The notes beneath the pieces were generated by a model, which saw only the letters and a list, made by a program, of their open reading frames with translations, was not told where the DNA came from and did no database searches. Below are positions 36,552 through 46,602 of a stretch of DNA of 64,000 bases, one piece after another. The DNA is from an uncultured virus (IMG/VR IMGVR_UViG_3300044296_000314) (Duplodnaviria > Heunggongvirae > Uroviricota > Caudoviricetes): IMG/VR virus record IMGVR_UViG_3300044296_000314, one strand, 5' to 3'. Within the stretch, counting starts at the first letter, position 1. Every line of letters starts with the position of its first letter. A program made the position numbers and the translations under genes.

Positions 36552-38003
36552 GTGGCACCCGTCAATCTCAGCAAGATCAAAGATCCATCTGTTCCCAGCG
36601 TTGCTGCTCGCATCATGGCTCCTCGCATAGCGCTGATGGATGCGTTGATGGGCGGCACAGAGGCGTTGCGGGCTGCCGGCGAAACCTACTTGCCGCGATA
36701 TGAGGCAGAATCCTCCAAAAATTACGAGTATCGTCGCAACCGTTCGGTTTTGTTGAATATTTTCAAGCGTTCGGTGAGCATCTTGGTAGGCAAGCCATTC
36801 TCCAAACCGATCCAGATCAAGGATGATTTTCCGCAAGCCTTGTTGCCGTTAGTGGAGAACGTGGACCGCAACGGAAACCACTTGAATACGTTTGCGCGTA
36901 ACGTGTTCCAGGATGCTTTGGTGAACGGGCTGACTCACGTGCTGATCGAATACCCTGACGTCGCTGCGCAAGCCCCTGGCACGCTGGCGGATGAACGCGC
37001 CCTGAACGCCTCTCCTTATTTTTGCCATGTTCCGCATCGCAACATTATTGCGGCTTATGCTGAAAACATCCATGGCGAAGAGCGATTGTCTCAGGTGCGC
37101 ATCAAGGAGTCGACCACATCGGTCAATGGGTGGGAAGAGCAAACTGTTGAGCAAGTTCGCGTTCTGTATCCGGATCGTTGGGAGATTTGGCAAAAGAACA
37201 ACAAGTATTGGGAAATCCACAATAGCGGGGTTAACTCATTGGGTTACATTCCGCTGCTGACGTTCTACACAGAGAGGGAAGACTTTATGGTCTCGCGACC
37301 TCCTCTGACGGATCTGGCGCACCTCAATATCGCGCATTACCAAAGCTCCTCAGATCAGCGCAACATTCTGACGCTGACCCGTTTCCCGTTGTTGGCTGCC
37401 CGTGGATTGAACGATGAGGAGGCCACAGTAGACATTGGTCCGAACAAGTTGCTCACCTCTCAGTCCAAAGACGGTGAATTCTACTACGTGGAGCATTCGG
37501 GAGCAGCTATTGCAGCTGGTAGGGCGGACCTGGAAGATTTGAAGCTCGAGATGGCTATGATTGCTGTGGATTTGACTCGACGCGGGGGATCTATCACTGC
37601 CACCGAGATTTCCACGGACACGGCCCAGAGCACAAGTCTTCTGCAGGATCTTGCCATGCGATTTGGAGATTTTCTGGAGTCCTGCTTCAATGTGGCTGGG
37701 CAGTGGATCGGCATACCCGAGTCGAGCAGTGGCTCGTTGTCTGTCAACAGTGACTTTGGATTGACGTCTGGAGGAGCTGATCAGGCCACGCTGATCAAGA
37801 TGCGCGAGATGAGAGAGATCAGCCACGATCAATTTGTCGAGGAAATGAAACGGCGCAATGTGCTGTCGGACGACTTTAATTCCACCGCTGACAAGGCTCT
37901 GCTAGCGGATGAGGCGGACAAGGCCATGACTGACGCGGTCTTGCAAGCTCAGCTGTTGTCAGAGTCAACCCCAACCAATTCACCTGCGCCTGCTGGCGCC
38001 TAA
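36552..38003 (+). CDS. portal protein (DUF4055-like)
   Basis: LMGGTEALRAAGETYLP, PPLTDLAHLNIAHYQSSSD; follows terL. Confidence 0.9.
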   Translation: MAPVNLSKIKDPSVPSVAARIMAPRIALMDALMGGTEALRAAGETYLPRYEAESSKNYEYRRNRSVLLNIFKRSVSILVGKPFSKPIQIKDDFPQALLPLVENVDRNGNHLNTFARNVFQDALVNGLTHVLIEYPDVAAQAPGTLADERALNASPYFCHVPHRNIIAAYAENIHGEERLSQVRIKESTTSVNGWEEQTVEQVRVLYPDRWEIWQKNNKYWEIHNSGVNSLGYIPLLTFYTEREDFMVSRPPLTDLAHLNIAHYQSSSDQRNILTLTRFPLLAARGLNDEEATVDIGPNKLLTSQSKDGEFYYVEHSGAAIAAGRADLEDLKLEMAMIAVDLTRRGGSITATEISTDTAQSTSLLQDLAMRFGDFLESCFNVAGQWIGIPESSSGSLSVNSDFGLTSGGADQATLIKMREMREISHDQFVEEMKRRNVLSDDFNSTADKALLADEADKAMTDAVLQAQLLSESTPTNSPAPAGA

Positions 38004-38017
38004 TAGGAGAGTCTCAT

Positions 38018-38224
38018 ATGAGTAACAAGTTGAGTGGATCCGGACCCCATAACACGGTTCGCGGTTCGTCTGTCCCAAGCCAAGTGACCATGCCCAAGAT
38101 GGCCGCTGCCGGAAAGTTGGGCGGTTACCCTTCCGTCAAAATCGGCGCCAACAATCCGGTGAAAGCGCTAGGTGGATCCATGACCCATGGGCGGAATGGA
38201 GGGGCCTGCTGCCCTAACTGTTGA
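38018..38224 (+). CDS. small hypothetical protein
   Basis: AGGAG RBS. Confidence 0.5.
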   Translation: MSNKLSGSGPHNTVRGSSVPSQVTMPKMAAAGKLGGYPSVKIGANNPVKALGGSMTHGRNGGACCPNC

Positions 38225-38229
38225 AATAC

Positions 38230-38243
38230 TTTCGCGGTATACT
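38230..38243 (+). promoter_or_regulatory. candidate late promoter TTTCGCGGTATACT upstream of scaffold/capsid
   Basis: Exact repeat of 36285-36298. Confidence 0.6.
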
Positions 38244-38306
38244 TAGTTATTGATTCAGTTACTCAGGCAGTAGCTGTTCGATAATTTCAACCGAGAAGGT
38301 TCTGTT

Positions 38307-39065
38307 ATGTCCTTTGATTTCAAAACAAAAATCGACAACCTCGAATCAGTTCCCGATCAATTTCGGGGACTGTATGTTCCGTTGCCGGAAGATCAGGGAG
38401 TTGGGTTCACCTACCATCCCGAATTCAGCAGCCACGTGAACGGTCTCACCACGGCTCTGGAGAAAGAGCGCAAGGCCAACAAAGAGGTGAGGGCGCAGAT
38501 TGCGGCCTGGAAGGCGCTGGGCGACACCCCTGAGGTTATCTCCCAGAAACTGACGGAGTTGCAGGAGGCAGCCGCTAAGGGCAAAGAGAACCAGCCCAAT
38601 TGGGACAAGCTCAAAGGCGATTTGGAAGCTGGGTATTCCAAGAAACTGTCCGAGAAGGACAAGGAAATCAGCACCATGCGCGCTACTGTGGAGCGCCATT
38701 TGGTGGACAACGAGGCGACGTTGGCGCTGGCGGAGGCGAAGGGTTCCGTGGCTCTTTTGTTGCCTCACGTCAAGCAGTTTACGCGGGTTATTGAAGAGAA
38801 CGGCGTGTATGTCGTTCGCGTTATTGACAAGGATGGTGATCCACGCGGCAACCACAGCGGCGGATTCATGACCATCAAAGACCTCGTGGCCGAGATGAAG
38901 AGCAGTGATGTCTTTGGTCGCGCTTTCGAGGCAAGCGGCAACACGGGCGGCGGGAAGCCTCCTGTGAAATCTGGCGGGACGCCAGCCGGAACCAACCATC
39001 GGGAGAACATGTCGCCTATGGACCGCATTCGAGCGGGTCTCCAGAAAAATCGCAAGGCGTCGTAG
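38307..39065 (+). CDS. capsid scaffolding protein
   Basis: Coiled coil (ALEKERK), Gly-rich tail ending RIRAGL; directly upstream of the capsid gene. Confidence 0.8.
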   Translation: MSFDFKTKIDNLESVPDQFRGLYVPLPEDQGVGFTYHPEFSSHVNGLTTALEKERKANKEVRAQIAAWKALGDTPEVISQKLTELQEAAAKGKENQPNWDKLKGDLEAGYSKKLSEKDKEISTMRATVERHLVDNEATLALAEAKGSVALLLPHVKQFTRVIEENGVYVVRVIDKDGDPRGNHSGGFMTIKDLVAEMKSSDVFGRAFEASGNTGGGKPPVKSGGTPAGTNHRENMSPMDRIRAGLQKNRKAS

Positions 39066-39109
39066 TCTCTCGCAACATCGGCTAATTTAATCCCAAAGGA
39101 AACAATCAT

Positions 39110-40045
39110 ATGGCTTCGGTCACGCTGGCGGAATCCGCCAAACTTTCTCAGAATGACCTGGTTGCCGGCGTTATCGAAAACGTCGTCACCGTCAACCACT
39201 TCTTCCACGTTCTGCCCATGGACGGTATCGACGGCAACGCGCTCGCCTACAACCGCGAAAACGTGCTGGGCGACGTCCAGAGCCTGGGTATCGACGGCAC
39301 CATCACCGCCAAAGCGGCTGCCACGTTCTCTCAGGTCACTTCTTCCCTCACCACGATCATCGGCGACGCCGAAGTCAATGGCCTCATTCAGGCCACGCGC
39401 TCCGGCGAAGGCAATGACCAGGAAGCCATCCAAATTGCCTCCAAGGCCAAGAGTGTGGGTCGGTCCTACCAGAACCAACTCATCAACGGCACCGGCACGT
39501 CGGATGAGTTTTCCGGTCTCTTGGCGCTGTGCGATTCGAGCCAGACCATCATTCAGGACACGGCCAGCGTTACCACGAACGGTGGTGCGTTGAGCTTTGC
39601 CAAGATGGATGAGCTCATCGATCTGGTCACGGACAAGGACGGCGAAGTGGAATATCTGATGATGCATGGTCGCACTTTGCGCTCCTACTACGCGCTCTTG
39701 CGGGCGTTGGGCGGGGCGTCCATCGGCGAGGTTGTCGAGCTGCCCTCCGGTCTCAAGGTGCCTGGCTATCGCGGCATCCCCATCTTCCGCAATGACTGGA
39801 TTCCCACCAACCAGACGCAAGGGTCTCTCAGCACCGGCACGACCATGTTTGCGGGCACGCTCGACGATGGCTCCCGCTCGCATGGCATCGCTGGTTTGAC
39901 GGCCAGCAACGAGGCCGGCATTGTGGTGCAGCAGGTGGGTCTGTCCGAAACCAAAGACAACACCATCACTCGCGTGAAGTGGTATTGCGGCTTGGCGCTG
40001 TTCAGCCTCAAGGGGCTGGCCATGCTCAAGGGCATCTCCAACTAA
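39110..40045 (+). CDS. major capsid protein
   Basis: MASVTLAESAKL..., YRGIPIFRND, TRVKWYCGLA; strong codon bias. Confidence 0.9.
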   Translation: MASVTLAESAKLSQNDLVAGVIENVVTVNHFFHVLPMDGIDGNALAYNRENVLGDVQSLGIDGTITAKAAATFSQVTSSLTTIIGDAEVNGLIQATRSGEGNDQEAIQIASKAKSVGRSYQNQLINGTGTSDEFSGLLALCDSSQTIIQDTASVTTNGGALSFAKMDELIDLVTDKDGEVEYLMMHGRTLRSYYALLRALGGASIGEVVELPSGLKVPGYRGIPIFRNDWIPTNQTQGSLSTGTTMFAGTLDDGSRSHGIAGLTASNEAGIVVQQVGLSETKDNTITRVKWYCGLALFSLKGLAMLKGISN

Positions 40046-40165
40046 ACCTTCACATCAGCCGTAGACGGTCTTTTCATGGTTGTTGCTGATCCTTAATGGC
40101 CTGGTCATTAGAGACAGCAACAACCTGAAATGGATCGGCATACGGGCGCCAACAAGGAGTAACTA

Positions 40166-40597
40166 ATGAGATTCATGCTAGTCGGTCCCAATATCGGCAA
40201 GACAGGGTTTTGGGGAGGGTTCCGTTTTGAAAACGGATCTTGCGAACTGACGGACCAAGATGCGGACAAAGTTCGCCAGCTTCTGGGCAACTTCTACGCA
40301 GCTTGGCCGGCAGAATTGGCGAAAGAAAAACACCAAGAGTATCTGGAATCTCTTTCGCCTGAAGATCGCGCCGTGGCGGAGGACCACCTGAAGTCGCTGC
40401 TGTCCGGACCCAACGGCGAAGTGCACCAGGAATTGTTGGGGGATGGGCAAGGCGCAATCGAACTGGCTGGGCCTGTGCAGACCTCACTGGAGCTGACGGA
40501 AATGCCTCCCCCGCCCGCAGAAACTCCGGAGTCGGAGAAGTCCAAACCTTCCGAGTTCCGGGACGCCAAGAACAACAAAAACAACCGAAAGGGGTAA
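40166..40597 (+). CDS. hypothetical head-associated protein
   Basis: AAGGAG RBS; follows the capsid gene. Confidence 0.55.
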   Translation: MRFMLVGPNIGKTGFWGGFRFENGSCELTDQDADKVRQLLGNFYAAWPAELAKEKHQEYLESLSPEDRAVAEDHLKSLLSGPNGEVHQELLGDGQGAIELAGPVQTSLELTEMPPPPAETPESEKSKPSEFRDAKNNKNNRKG

Positions 40598-40604
40598 AGG
40601 CGAC

Positions 40605-41525
40605 ATGCTCTGGGTTGACGAAAGCTGCGTGACAAGCTCTGATCTGATTGAATTGGATTCTGAGCTCATTGAAATCGCCAGCACAGAGCAGATCAACCTT
40701 GAATTCCACATACAACGGGGGCGAGAGGCGGCTCAACGCGCTCTCGTCCCCTTTCTCGATTTGTCTGGGTTTAGTCCAACAGATTTGAGCTTCCGCAATG
40801 TTAATCGCACGTCGTTCACGTCTTCATTTAACCTCCAGAGGGTGGGTTGGGCGCAAATCGTAACCCATGGTGATTCGGAGTTGGAATGGAGTTTGCTGAA
40901 ACTCTGGACTGCTGATAAGATTTTGGAGCAGGTGTACGGGGCCTGCGTTAACAAGATCGGCGATCGGTATCAGGATCGACTAGACGCAGTAGCGCTCCGT
41001 CTGCGAAACCAGAGCTGGCCGCTATTGCGCCGACAGGGTCTGCCAATTGTGATGAATCCGCTGGTAGCTCCTGGAGCGAAGTTCTACCGATCAGGCACGT
41101 TCGGCAACAGCAACCTCAGCCTTGTTGCGGGATCTGGTACGCAGACATATGACGTAAGGGTTCGCGTTACCTGGGTGTCGGAAGATGGAGTGGAGAGCTA
41201 TCCGTCCACTGTAGCTAACGCCACCCTGGCGGAGGACTCCGTGCTCTGTGTATCCATCGCCAACTTGACTCCACCTACAGCCACTCAACCGGAGTACACT
41301 ACCGCATTGTCTCAGTACACGCCCAAGGCCGCAGCTGGATGGAACGTGTACGTTGGCAATACGGATACGGATGCTTTGGTGTACAAACAAAACTCGATTT
41401 TGATTCCATTGGATACCGACAGCTACACGCTGGAGGGGGATCCGGTGTTATCTGGGACTGCTCCAGGTCTTGGGCAAGACGTTGAAATTCTGTTGGACCT
41501 GTCTTCTCGCATCCGGAGGGCTTAA
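40605..41525 (+). CDS. putative head-tail adaptor with C-terminal FN3/Ig-like extension
   Basis: Helical N-half; beta C-half (YDVRVRVTWV..GVESYPS..AAGWNVYVG); position. Confidence 0.5.
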   Translation: MLWVDESCVTSSDLIELDSELIEIASTEQINLEFHIQRGREAAQRALVPFLDLSGFSPTDLSFRNVNRTSFTSSFNLQRVGWAQIVTHGDSELEWSLLKLWTADKILEQVYGACVNKIGDRYQDRLDAVALRLRNQSWPLLRRQGLPIVMNPLVAPGAKFYRSGTFGNSNLSLVAGSGTQTYDVRVRVTWVSEDGVESYPSTVANATLAEDSVLCVSIANLTPPTATQPEYTTALSQYTPKAAAGWNVYVGNTDTDALVYKQNSILIPLDTDSYTLEGDPVLSGTAPGLGQDVEILLDLSSRIRRA

Positions 41526-42397
41526 TGCGCGTTGCGATTCAGCTATGGCTAATTTTGTTGGTAGCCACACTCAGTGCTGCTCCCACCACCATACGCCAGC
41601 GTCTGTATGCTCCGGACGGTCAGGTGGCCGTAGGCGGCACGCTAGAGCTGCAAGTGGTGCAAGCGTTTACGGCTGTTGACGGTACCTACGTTCCCGCGCA
41701 GACGAAAGTGTATCCAATATCAGCTAATGGCTGGTTAGTTGTGAACGTAGTCCCCAACACCGGATCTGCCCCAGCTTCTTGGTACCAAGCTAAATTGACT
41801 ATTTCCGGAAGCAGTACCTCCGTGACAGTTTGGAGAGTTCCCGTCAGCAGTGTACCATTGACCATACCTGATGTGACGGTGGGTTCAATCGATCCACCCA
41901 CAGTTATGATCCCTCCCTCTCAGATCACTGCTGGCGGGGCCACTACCGGGCAGGTGTTACAGTACAGCGGTTCAACGTGGACCCCATACACTTTATCAGC
42001 TCTAGTTGACCCAAGCACCACGGCAGGAGATTTGCTGTATAAGGACAATTTGGGAAATTTGAGCCGACTGGGAATTGGATCTGCTTCGCAAGTGCTGACG
42101 GTATCAGCGGGGTTGCCCATTTGGGCTGATCCAGCGGGAACCCTGTCTGTCAGCGCGGTGATAGACTCAGAGGCGATACCTGATGGATCTTGTGTATTGC
42201 ACTCGACAGCAGTTACGGTGCCTGGGGCGGCTTTGGGCAATAACACAACAATTGGATCATTATTGGTTTGGCCTGAGTCTGTGTATGTTCACGCCAAAGT
42301 TGTAGGGCCAAATTCCGTTAAACTGGAAATCTGCAACCACAGCGGCGCGTCTTACGACCCGCCCTCAACCACTTTCTACTTTGGGGTTTCTAAATGA
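41525..42397 (+). CDS. fibre-adaptor-like protein with N-terminal signal peptide
   Basis: MRVAIQLWLILLVATLSA; fibre N-terminal-like domain; GATTGQVLQYSG and GDLLY..LGIGSASQVL fibre repeats. Confidence 0.65.
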   Translation: MRVAIQLWLILLVATLSAAPTTIRQRLYAPDGQVAVGGTLELQVVQAFTAVDGTYVPAQTKVYPISANGWLVVNVVPNTGSAPASWYQAKLTISGSSTSVTVWRVPVSSVPLTIPDVTVGSIDPPTVMIPPSQITAGGATTGQVLQYSGSTWTPYTLSALVDPSTTAGDLLYKDNLGNLSRLGIGSASQVLTVSAGLPIWADPAGTLSVSAVIDSEAIPDGSCVLHSTAVTVPGAALGNNTTIGSLLVWPESVYVHAKVVGPNSVKLEICNHSGASYDPPSTTFYFGVSK

Positions 42398-43230
42398 AAA
42401 CACTTTTGATTTCCATTTTTGCGGCTGCTCTGGTTTTTGGCCAAGCGCAGCCTGTGACTCGCACGAAGTCGTATGCTGGCACGCCCACGGCTGGTGATTG
42501 CACGGCCAGTACCATTGGCGTTCTGGTCGGCGTCAATACTGCGCCGGATCCGGACGTGATCTATGATTGTCTCACGGTAAGCTCAACTCCCACTTGGGTG
42601 TTGCGCAACAACACTGCAGGAACTGTCACCAGCGTGGATTTGAGTGTGCCTTCTGCCCTGCTATCTGTGAGCGGCGGACCTATCACCAGTACCGGCACCC
42701 TTGCCATTGCTCTGCCCACAAGAGCGCAAAATTTGGTGTTTGCCGGCCCTACGTCCGGTTCGGCGGCCACTCCGACGTTTCGATCGCTGGTTTTGGCGGA
42801 TATTCCTGATTTGTCTTCTATTCTACAGCCGCTGGACAGTGATCTCACAGCTATTGCTGCTCTTTCCCCAACTCGAGGGGGTTTGATTCGTCGAGGAGCA
42901 TCGGCGTGGGAAGCGGTAGCGTTGGGCACCTCTGGTGCCATCCTACAGAGCGATGGAACTGATGCCGTGTGGACCGCTCGCATCTCTTCGGCCAGCACCA
43001 TCGATTTTGCCTCTGTTAACGATGGCGCTTGCTTAGAAAGCACCATGACTTTGACCGGAGTAAATTTTGGAGATCCATTAGCTCTCGGCATATCGGCAAC
43101 ACTTCCTGCTGGAATTCACCCTGCAGTTATTGTTTCTGCAGCCGATACTGCGAAAGTTCAGATCTGTAACAACTCCGGCGCTGCGGTGGATTTGTCCTCT
43201 CTCACGTTTACTGTTCGGGTGGTGCGGTAA
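42394..43230 (+). CDS. short fibre-like protein with signal peptide
   Basis: MKTLLISIFAAALVFG/Q; GTVTSVDL..GPITSTGTL, VFAGPTSG..PTFRSLV and QPLDSDLTAIAAL fibre motifs. Confidence 0.7.
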   Translation: MKTLLISIFAAALVFGQAQPVTRTKSYAGTPTAGDCTASTIGVLVGVNTAPDPDVIYDCLTVSSTPTWVLRNNTAGTVTSVDLSVPSALLSVSGGPITSTGTLAIALPTRAQNLVFAGPTSGSAATPTFRSLVLADIPDLSSILQPLDSDLTAIAALSPTRGGLIRRGASAWEAVALGTSGAILQSDGTDAVWTARISSASTIDFASVNDGACLESTMTLTGVNFGDPLALGISATLPAGIHPAVIVSAADTAKVQICNNSGAAVDLSSLTFTVRVVR

Positions 43231-45581
43231 TGCGGGCCGCGTGGCTGATCGTTGCCACGCTGGCGGCGTGGGGGCAGGCGCAGCCAGTGGGTCGCGTGTG
43301 GACTTACAGCGGCACGCCCACGGCGGGGGATTGCACATCCGCCAATTATGGACACGTTGCCCAGGACATCTCTGGATCCACGGCGAACATCTACGATTGC
43401 AAGAAATCGGGTGGGTCGGCTGCATGGGTGTTGCGCGCTACTGGTGGCGGCGGTGGCGGCGGGGATGTTTCCGGCGGTACGAACCTAGTCACCTCTGGTG
43501 CGGCGGTGATGGTGGATTCCGCTGGAGTAGTGACGCAGGCTGCAAACACAAAATTTGTAAACGGAGTGTTTCAAGCGACCAAGAATATCACCGGAACAGG
43601 GTTATTTGAGACATTTTGGGGAGCACCTACCTATGACAATCTGGGCCTGTTTCAGTACGATTCGTACACTGATTATGGGTTGGTTTTTATAGCTGCCGGA
43701 AGTAGGGGATCAGCTGGCATGTGGAATGAGTATCTCAAGACTCGTTCCGCAGACGGGAATACTAACGGAGCTGTATCTTCAGGGGATGAAATAATGCTCC
43801 TGAGGTCATTGGGGGATGATGGAACAAATATTTGGAATGTTGCCGCGACTATTGGGACCTATGTCGACGGAACAGTAGCAAGTGCCTCTATTCCAGGACG
43901 AATTTCTTTTTCTACCACAAAAATTGGAAGCAGTTATGAAACTCTAGCAGTAAGCATCAAAAACACCGGAAATGTCATTATTAGTGACGAATATGCGGAG
44001 TCTAACATCGCTCTTGACGTTCGACGCAGCGGCAGCACCGGAACCTTCCGCCTGTGGGATCAGGTCTCGATAACGGGCACCACCAACGGATACATTCGCG
44101 CTGGCGCTGGGCAATCGGGAAACCTGCTCACGTTCCAGGATTCCAGCGGATCCACGCTTACGGGCATCACGTCTGCTGGGGCCTTCACCGGCAACGCGGC
44201 GACGGCAACGACTTTGGCAACTGCTCGCGCCATCAACGGGGTCAGCTTCGACGGATCCGCTCCGATCACAATTACGGCCAACTTGCCGGCGAACCCGGCA
44301 GCGTGTTCTGCCGGCCAGTACGTCACCGACACAGACGCTGCGGGCGTCCTGACGTGTGCCCAAGTAGCGTATTCTCAGGTGTCCGGTACGCCTACTCTCG
44401 CTGCTGTAGCCACTTCTGGAAGCGCGGCCGACCTGTCCACAGGAACTCTCCCCGCCGGGCGTATGCCGGCCCTCACTGGCGACGTCACAACGTCCGTGGG
44501 AACTGTGGCGACGACGGTGTCCAAGATCAACGGAACATCCCTCGCCGGTCTCGCAACAGGGCTGCTGAAAAACACGACGGCGACCGGCGTCCCGTCCATT
44601 GCTGTCGCGGGGACTGATTATGTCGTTCCTGCGGGCAACGTCGCTACAGCCACGGCGCTGGCTGCCAACGGCACCAACTGCTCGGCCGGTTCGTACCCGC
44701 TTGGGGTGGACGCCAGCGGGAACGCTGAGTCTTGCACTGCGGCCGCAACTGGTACGGTCACCTCTGTCGGCTGGACCGGCGGCATCGTATCCGTCGCAAC
44801 AGGCACCTCAACGCCCGCATTCACCATTTCCGGAACATCCGGCGGCATCCCGTATTTCTCGAGCTCTTCGACGTGGGCGTCGTCCAGCGCCCTCGCCGCA
44901 AACACGTTCGTCATGGGCGGCGGTGCCGGCGCTGCGCCGACTACAGCAGCCGGGTACACCGTATCCACTGCTGGATCGTCTGGAGGTACGAATTACAACG
45001 AAGGCACATCGACGAGTCTGGCTCGCGCCGATCATCAGCACGTTCCAGCGGCGGTGGGTAGCGTCACCCCGGTGACAGTCAATACTAACACCACGAGTGA
45101 CCAAAATCTGATGGTGCTGACCATTCCAGCCGGAGCGCTTAATCAGGCCAATCGACACACGCGGTTCCGATCGGCGGGAGTGTATACAACGCAGACCAGT
45201 CAAACGCCGACAGTTACGTTGAAGGTCAAGCTTTGCACAGTCAGCGGATGCGGCTCCGGTACGGTAATCACCCTTGCCACCTGGACGAGCGCCGCGACGA
45301 CGGCGGCGGCGTCAAATATGCCATGGAATTTCGACATCAACCTGGCGGGGGTCACGACGGGCGCGACGGGCACAGTGGAAGCCCACGGCTCGTCGAATAT
45401 CACACTGACAACCACAGCTAGCGGCACGACAACTACACGTAATGACACCAACACTGCGGCGTCTTCGGCAATCGACCTCACCGGGACGCTGTACCTGCAA
45501 ACCACTATCACGTTTTCGACCAACGCGGCGACGGCAAACACCGCTTCACAGCGTATGGCGTCGTTGAACTTTATGAATTAG
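43230..45581 (+). CDS. long fibre-like protein with signal peptide
   Basis: MRAAWLIVATLAAWG/Q; GNAATATTLATARAINGVSFDGS, LAAVATSGS, LTGDVT and ARADHQH fibre motifs. Confidence 0.75.
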   Translation: MRAAWLIVATLAAWGQAQPVGRVWTYSGTPTAGDCTSANYGHVAQDISGSTANIYDCKKSGGSAAWVLRATGGGGGGGDVSGGTNLVTSGAAVMVDSAGVVTQAANTKFVNGVFQATKNITGTGLFETFWGAPTYDNLGLFQYDSYTDYGLVFIAAGSRGSAGMWNEYLKTRSADGNTNGAVSSGDEIMLLRSLGDDGTNIWNVAATIGTYVDGTVASASIPGRISFSTTKIGSSYETLAVSIKNTGNVIISDEYAESNIALDVRRSGSTGTFRLWDQVSITGTTNGYIRAGAGQSGNLLTFQDSSGSTLTGITSAGAFTGNAATATTLATARAINGVSFDGSAPITITANLPANPAACSAGQYVTDTDAAGVLTCAQVAYSQVSGTPTLAAVATSGSAADLSTGTLPAGRMPALTGDVTTSVGTVATTVSKINGTSLAGLATGLLKNTTATGVPSIAVAGTDYVVPAGNVATATALAANGTNCSAGSYPLGVDASGNAESCTAAATGTVTSVGWTGGIVSVATGTSTPAFTISGTSGGIPYFSSSSTWASSSALAANTFVMGGGAGAAPTTAAGYTVSTAGSSGGTNYNEGTSTSLARADHQHVPAAVGSVTPVTVNTNTTSDQNLMVLTIPAGALNQANRHTRFRSAGVYTTQTSQTPTVTLKVKLCTVSGCGSGTVITLATWTSAATTAAASNMPWNFDINLAGVTTGATGTVEAHGSSNITLTTTASGTTTTRNDTNTAASSAIDLTGTLYLQTTITFSTNAATANTASQRMASLNFMN

Positions 45582-45589
45582 GAGCATTT

Positions 45590-45958
45590 ATGAGAACCCT
45601 TCGTCTGTCCGTATTGTCCTTGTTTCTGTGTCTGTCGCTATTTGCGCAGAGCATCACCTTCACTGTCACCGAAGCAGACGGAACCACCCAAACGGCGACG
45701 ATCTCCGGACCTGCCGCTGCTGCTGGAATCGACAGTGCGAAGCAATGGTTAGCCACTCAGAAAGATCGAGACGGTAACCCGAAGTATGCCCATCTGGCGG
45801 ATATGCTGAAACAGAGCGCCATCGACTTTGCCGAACGGATTTCTTTGCGATTCCCCAGCGCGAGCACCAAAGCGATCGTGGCGGAGATTGCCGCTAAACA
45901 AGCTGCGTTGGACGCTGCGCGCAAGGCTCTGATGGATGCTGCAAGGGGTCAGCAATAA
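45590..45958 (+). CDS. secreted protein (signal peptide ending LFA/Q), helical C-terminus
   Basis: MRTLRLSVLSLFLCLSLFA/Q; AGGAG RBS. Confidence 0.65.
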   Translation: MRTLRLSVLSLFLCLSLFAQSITFTVTEADGTTQTATISGPAAAAGIDSAKQWLATQKDRDGNPKYAHLADMLKQSAIDFAERISLRFPSASTKAIVAEIAAKQAALDAARKALMDAARGQQ

Positions 45959-46180
45959 ATGCATCCAATTTGCCTCTCCTTTCCATATTGTGATTCTTGC
46001 CATGGTTCTGGCTTGCGGAGTGGAGGGGATGAGTGCTCATGCGTGGATCGTGCTCGCCAACGCTTGGTGGCGGCTGCTCGTACACCATGGGAGCGGTTGT
46101 CAGTGGAGTCGAAGCTCTGGCCAGAACGGTTTCCTCCAAACCCGATACCACGGAGTTCACTATGCGCCTCATTTCGTTGA
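45959..46180 (+). CDS. small Cys-containing hypothetical protein
   Basis: CDSCHGSG..CSC; starts immediately after the upstream stop. Confidence 0.4.
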   Translation: MHPICLSFPYCDSCHGSGLRSGGDECSCVDRARQRLVAAARTPWERLSVESKLWPERFPPNPIPRSSLCASFR

Positions 46181-46596
46181 TACTTGCGTCAGTGTCGGTA
46201 TTTTGCCAGACAACAGTCAAAACAGATCAGGTGCGCACGACCCCAGCATCGACTGCGCGCCTGTTGGCTGCTGATGCTACTGGAAAAATTTTTGTAGTTG
46301 AACTTGGGGCAGGACTCACTATTTCCGGTGGTCGTATTGTCTTGGTCCCTGCTTCTACTGTGGATCAGACCATTGCAGTTGAGACGCTGAAGCCTGATGT
46401 CAATGGAAATTACCCGGCCCGTCCCGGCGCTGTCTACGTTCGCAATGGACTTGTTCAGTCGGAAACGGTAGACTACAGTATCACCCTCGCTACTCTTCGT
46501 CCGATTTTGCCTTGGTCCTCAGACGATGCTATTTTGGCCATCACCATTAAACCCATTACGCGCCAACTCTCCGCGCCAACAGCGGGGGCACCCTGA
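46162..46596 (+). CDS. secreted virion-like protein
   Basis: GGAG RBS; MRLISLILASVSVFC/Q; VYVRNGLVQ..VDYSI motif of virion beta-domains. Confidence 0.6.
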   Translation: MRLISLILASVSVFCQTTVKTDQVRTTPASTARLLAADATGKIFVVELGAGLTISGGRIVLVPASTVDQTIAVETLKPDVNGNYPARPGAVYVRNGLVQSETVDYSITLATLRPILPWSSDDAILAITIKPITRQLSAPTAGAP

Positions 46597-46602
46597 GCGT
46601 TT

